A stretch of DNA of 64,000 nucleotides, from assembly GCA_963701295.1 (NCBI GenBank), contig OY969585.1:3296001-3360000 (forward strand). Direction: 5' to 3'. Origin of the DNA: Ignavibacteriota bacterium (GTDB lineage: Bacteria > Bacteroidota > Ignavibacteria > UBA10030). Positions 62,182 to 64,000 of the stretch are shown piece after piece. A program made the position numbers and the translations under genes. The notes under the pieces were generated by a model. It saw nothing but the letters and a program-made list of their open reading frames with translations. It searched no databases and had not been told where the DNA came from. The number at the start of each line of letters is the position of its first letter. Positions within the stretch are counted from its first letter, which is position 1.

Positions 62182-62589
62182 TTAAAATTCCGGTCTATTC
62201 TCAATATCTTTTTCAACAACAGTTATCAAATTATCTGTGGTTTTTGCCAAACGTTCAGCAAGATTGATTATTATTTGCTTTGTCATTTTTGGATAATGCT
62301 CGATGATATTATCAAGAGATGTCTTAAAATGGATTACCTGCGTCGGCTCAAGTGCAATCAACGTAGCAGTTCGTGGAGTGTTGAGAATACTACTCAGTTC
62401 ACCAAAAACAACTCCACGCTGGTCAAACTCCGCCACTTCTTTATTATGCTTAAAAACACCGACCCTCCCTTTCAACAAAACGTACCATCCAACTTCCTTA
62501 TCCCCTTCGCTTGCAATAACCTGTTTTTCTGTGTACTCCTGAATGTTGCTGGAGTTCAGCAGTTCATTATCCTCGATAATATTCTTCAT
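62182..62589 (-). CDS. Cyclic-nucleotide-binding domain protein
   Basis: YVLLKGRV.V, VFGELS, PRTATL.A. Confidence 0.85.
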   Translation of the reverse strand: MKNIIEDNELLNSSNIQEYTEKQVIASEGDKEVGWYVLLKGRVGVFKHNKEVAEFDQRGVVFGELSSILNTPRTATLIALEPTQVIHFKTSLDNIIEHYPKMTKQIIINLAERLAKTTDNLITVVEKDIENRPEF

Positions 62590-62643
62590 CGCATATCCCT
62601 CTATGAACGTCAGACATAAGAAATATAGATCGAATACTTTTTA

Positions 62644-63720
62644 TCACTTTTTAACTCCTCCGTCGATTTCTTTTATTGCATGAACAACATTATCGATTTG
62701 AATCTCATTCATACAGCGAAAATGTCCTTCAGGGCAAATGCTGCGGCCAATATGGGAACACGGTCTGCAATACAGTCCTTTTCGTTCTATGACAATATTT
62801 TTTGTGCCAACTGGAAAGAAACCAAACTCACGCACAGTTGGACCAAAGATTGCTACTATCTTCTTTTTCATCGCAGCGGCAATATGCATCAATCCTGAGT
62901 CATTCGTCACTATGACATCACAAAACTGCATTGCGGCGGCTGTCTCTAACAGAGAGAATTGATCACTGTATTCAACTGCATATTCTTCTTCGGAATTTTT
63001 ATTTATTCCATTTGCAATTGCTGTACATACGACAGTATCACTTTTTCCACCGAATAAAATTATTTTCGCTTTCAGTTCGTGTACTAATTGAATTCCCGCT
63101 TCGATGAAACGTTCTTCCGGCCACCGTTTTGTCGCATGTTTTGCTGATGGGCAGAATCCGACAACTTTTTCAAAGGTACGAACCTTGAGAGAGGACATTT
63201 TCCTTAAAACTTTATTCATTATTTCATCGGGAATAAAGACCTCCAACCCTTGAGAATCGTTCTCTATTCCATAGATTCCCACCGGTTCAATATAACGGTC
63301 GGCGATAGATACAATATCCTGGTAACAGTTTTTCTTCAATCTTACCAGGATCGTCCGAGCAAATATTCGCTTGTTGATCACAACAATATCTTTTGCTCCA
63401 CTGAAAGAACGAATGTATCGGCTTCGCAGACTATTGTGAATATCGATAATCAGATCATACTTCTCGTGTCGTATTATCTCTTTGAATCGTCGTAATTCTT
63501 GAAATCCTCCTTGAGCATCAAATTCAAAAGTATGGTTGAGATTTGGATTATAACGAATGAGTTCACTATATTCTTTCCGAACCATAAAATCAATTTGGGA
63601 GGACGGAAATCGTGAACGCAAAGCTCGTATGAGCGGAGAGGCGAGAACGACATCTCCGATGGAACTAAATCGGATTACGAGTGTTTTATTTGGTGTAAGC
63701 ATATAATGAGCAAAGTACAT
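62644..63720 (-). CDS. Glycosyltransferase family 9 (LPS heptosyltransferase-like)
   Basis: SSIGDVVL, TKRWP, TNDSGLMHIAAA, FGPT, CRPC. Confidence 0.92.
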   Translation of the reverse strand: MYFAHYMLTPNKTLVIRFSSIGDVVLASPLIRALRSRFPSSQIDFMVRKEYSELIRYNPNLNHTFEFDAQGGFQELRRFKEIIRHEKYDLIIDIHNSLRSRYIRSFSGAKDIVVINKRIFARTILVRLKKNCYQDIVSIADRYIEPVGIYGIENDSQGLEVFIPDEIMNKVLRKMSSLKVRTFEKVVGFCPSAKHATKRWPEERFIEAGIQLVHELKAKIILFGGKSDTVVCTAIANGINKNSEEEYAVEYSDQFSLLETAAAMQFCDVIVTNDSGLMHIAAAMKKKIVAIFGPTVREFGFFPVGTKNIVIERKGLYCRPCSHIGRSICPEGHFRCMNEIQIDNVVHAIKEIDGGVKK

Positions 63721-63780
63721 GGAATTTTATGCAGGTGCAATTATACAAACAGGACGAAGTAATGATATATTAGGAAAACT

Positions 63781-64000
63781 ATGAAATACGCAAAAACCAT
63801 AGCAGAGTTGAAATCATCTGGATATAAGACGGTTTCAGTGAAGGACGAAATACGAGATAACCTCATCCACAAACTCCAGCAGAATGAGGAGTTGTTCCCG
63901 AGAATTATTGGGTATGAAAAGACGGTGATTCCGTCCATCGTCAATGCCATCCTTGCAAAGCATGACATTCTTTTATTGGGATTACGAGGTCAGGCAAAAT
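63781..64000 (+). CDS. Mg-chelatase subunit I-like AAA ATPase (5' fragment)
   Basis: [15 protein letters not shown]...[10 protein letters not shown]...[10 protein letters not shown]...[18 protein letters not shown] (start of Walker A); runs off the window edge. Confidence 0.8.
   Translation, partial: MKYAKTIAELKSSGYKTVSVKDEIRDNLIHKLQQNEELFPRIIGYEKTVIPSIVNAILAKHDILLLGLRGQAK

Overview
This is a chromosomal window from a Bacteroidota/Ignavibacteria-like (FCB) bacterium, judged from the Ignavibacteria-style T9SS C-terminal domain and the gene content. Most of it is housekeeping: icd, clpS, alaS, a GGGP synthase, gmhA, split carB, pntA1/A2/B, ychF, yebC and two ABC/efflux operons. Four accessory features stand out. 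(1) A ~320-bp element at tRNA-Leu(CAA): promoter, then a duplicated tRNA 5' half carrying two 19-nt hairpin insertions, then a small GIY-YIG nuclease gene starting immediately after the duplicated anticodon, then the intact tRNA. (2) A 1476-aa ORF fusing a complete aconitase A to a membrane M48-type zinc-peptidase module. (3) An integron-type cassette array at 37.6-43.6 kb with no integrase in the window and very long attC-like sites containing a conserved promoter-like core. (4) Two apparently identical 829-bp IS1595-family elements, each interrupting a gene. All calls come from reading the sequence and recognising motifs; no database searches were run.
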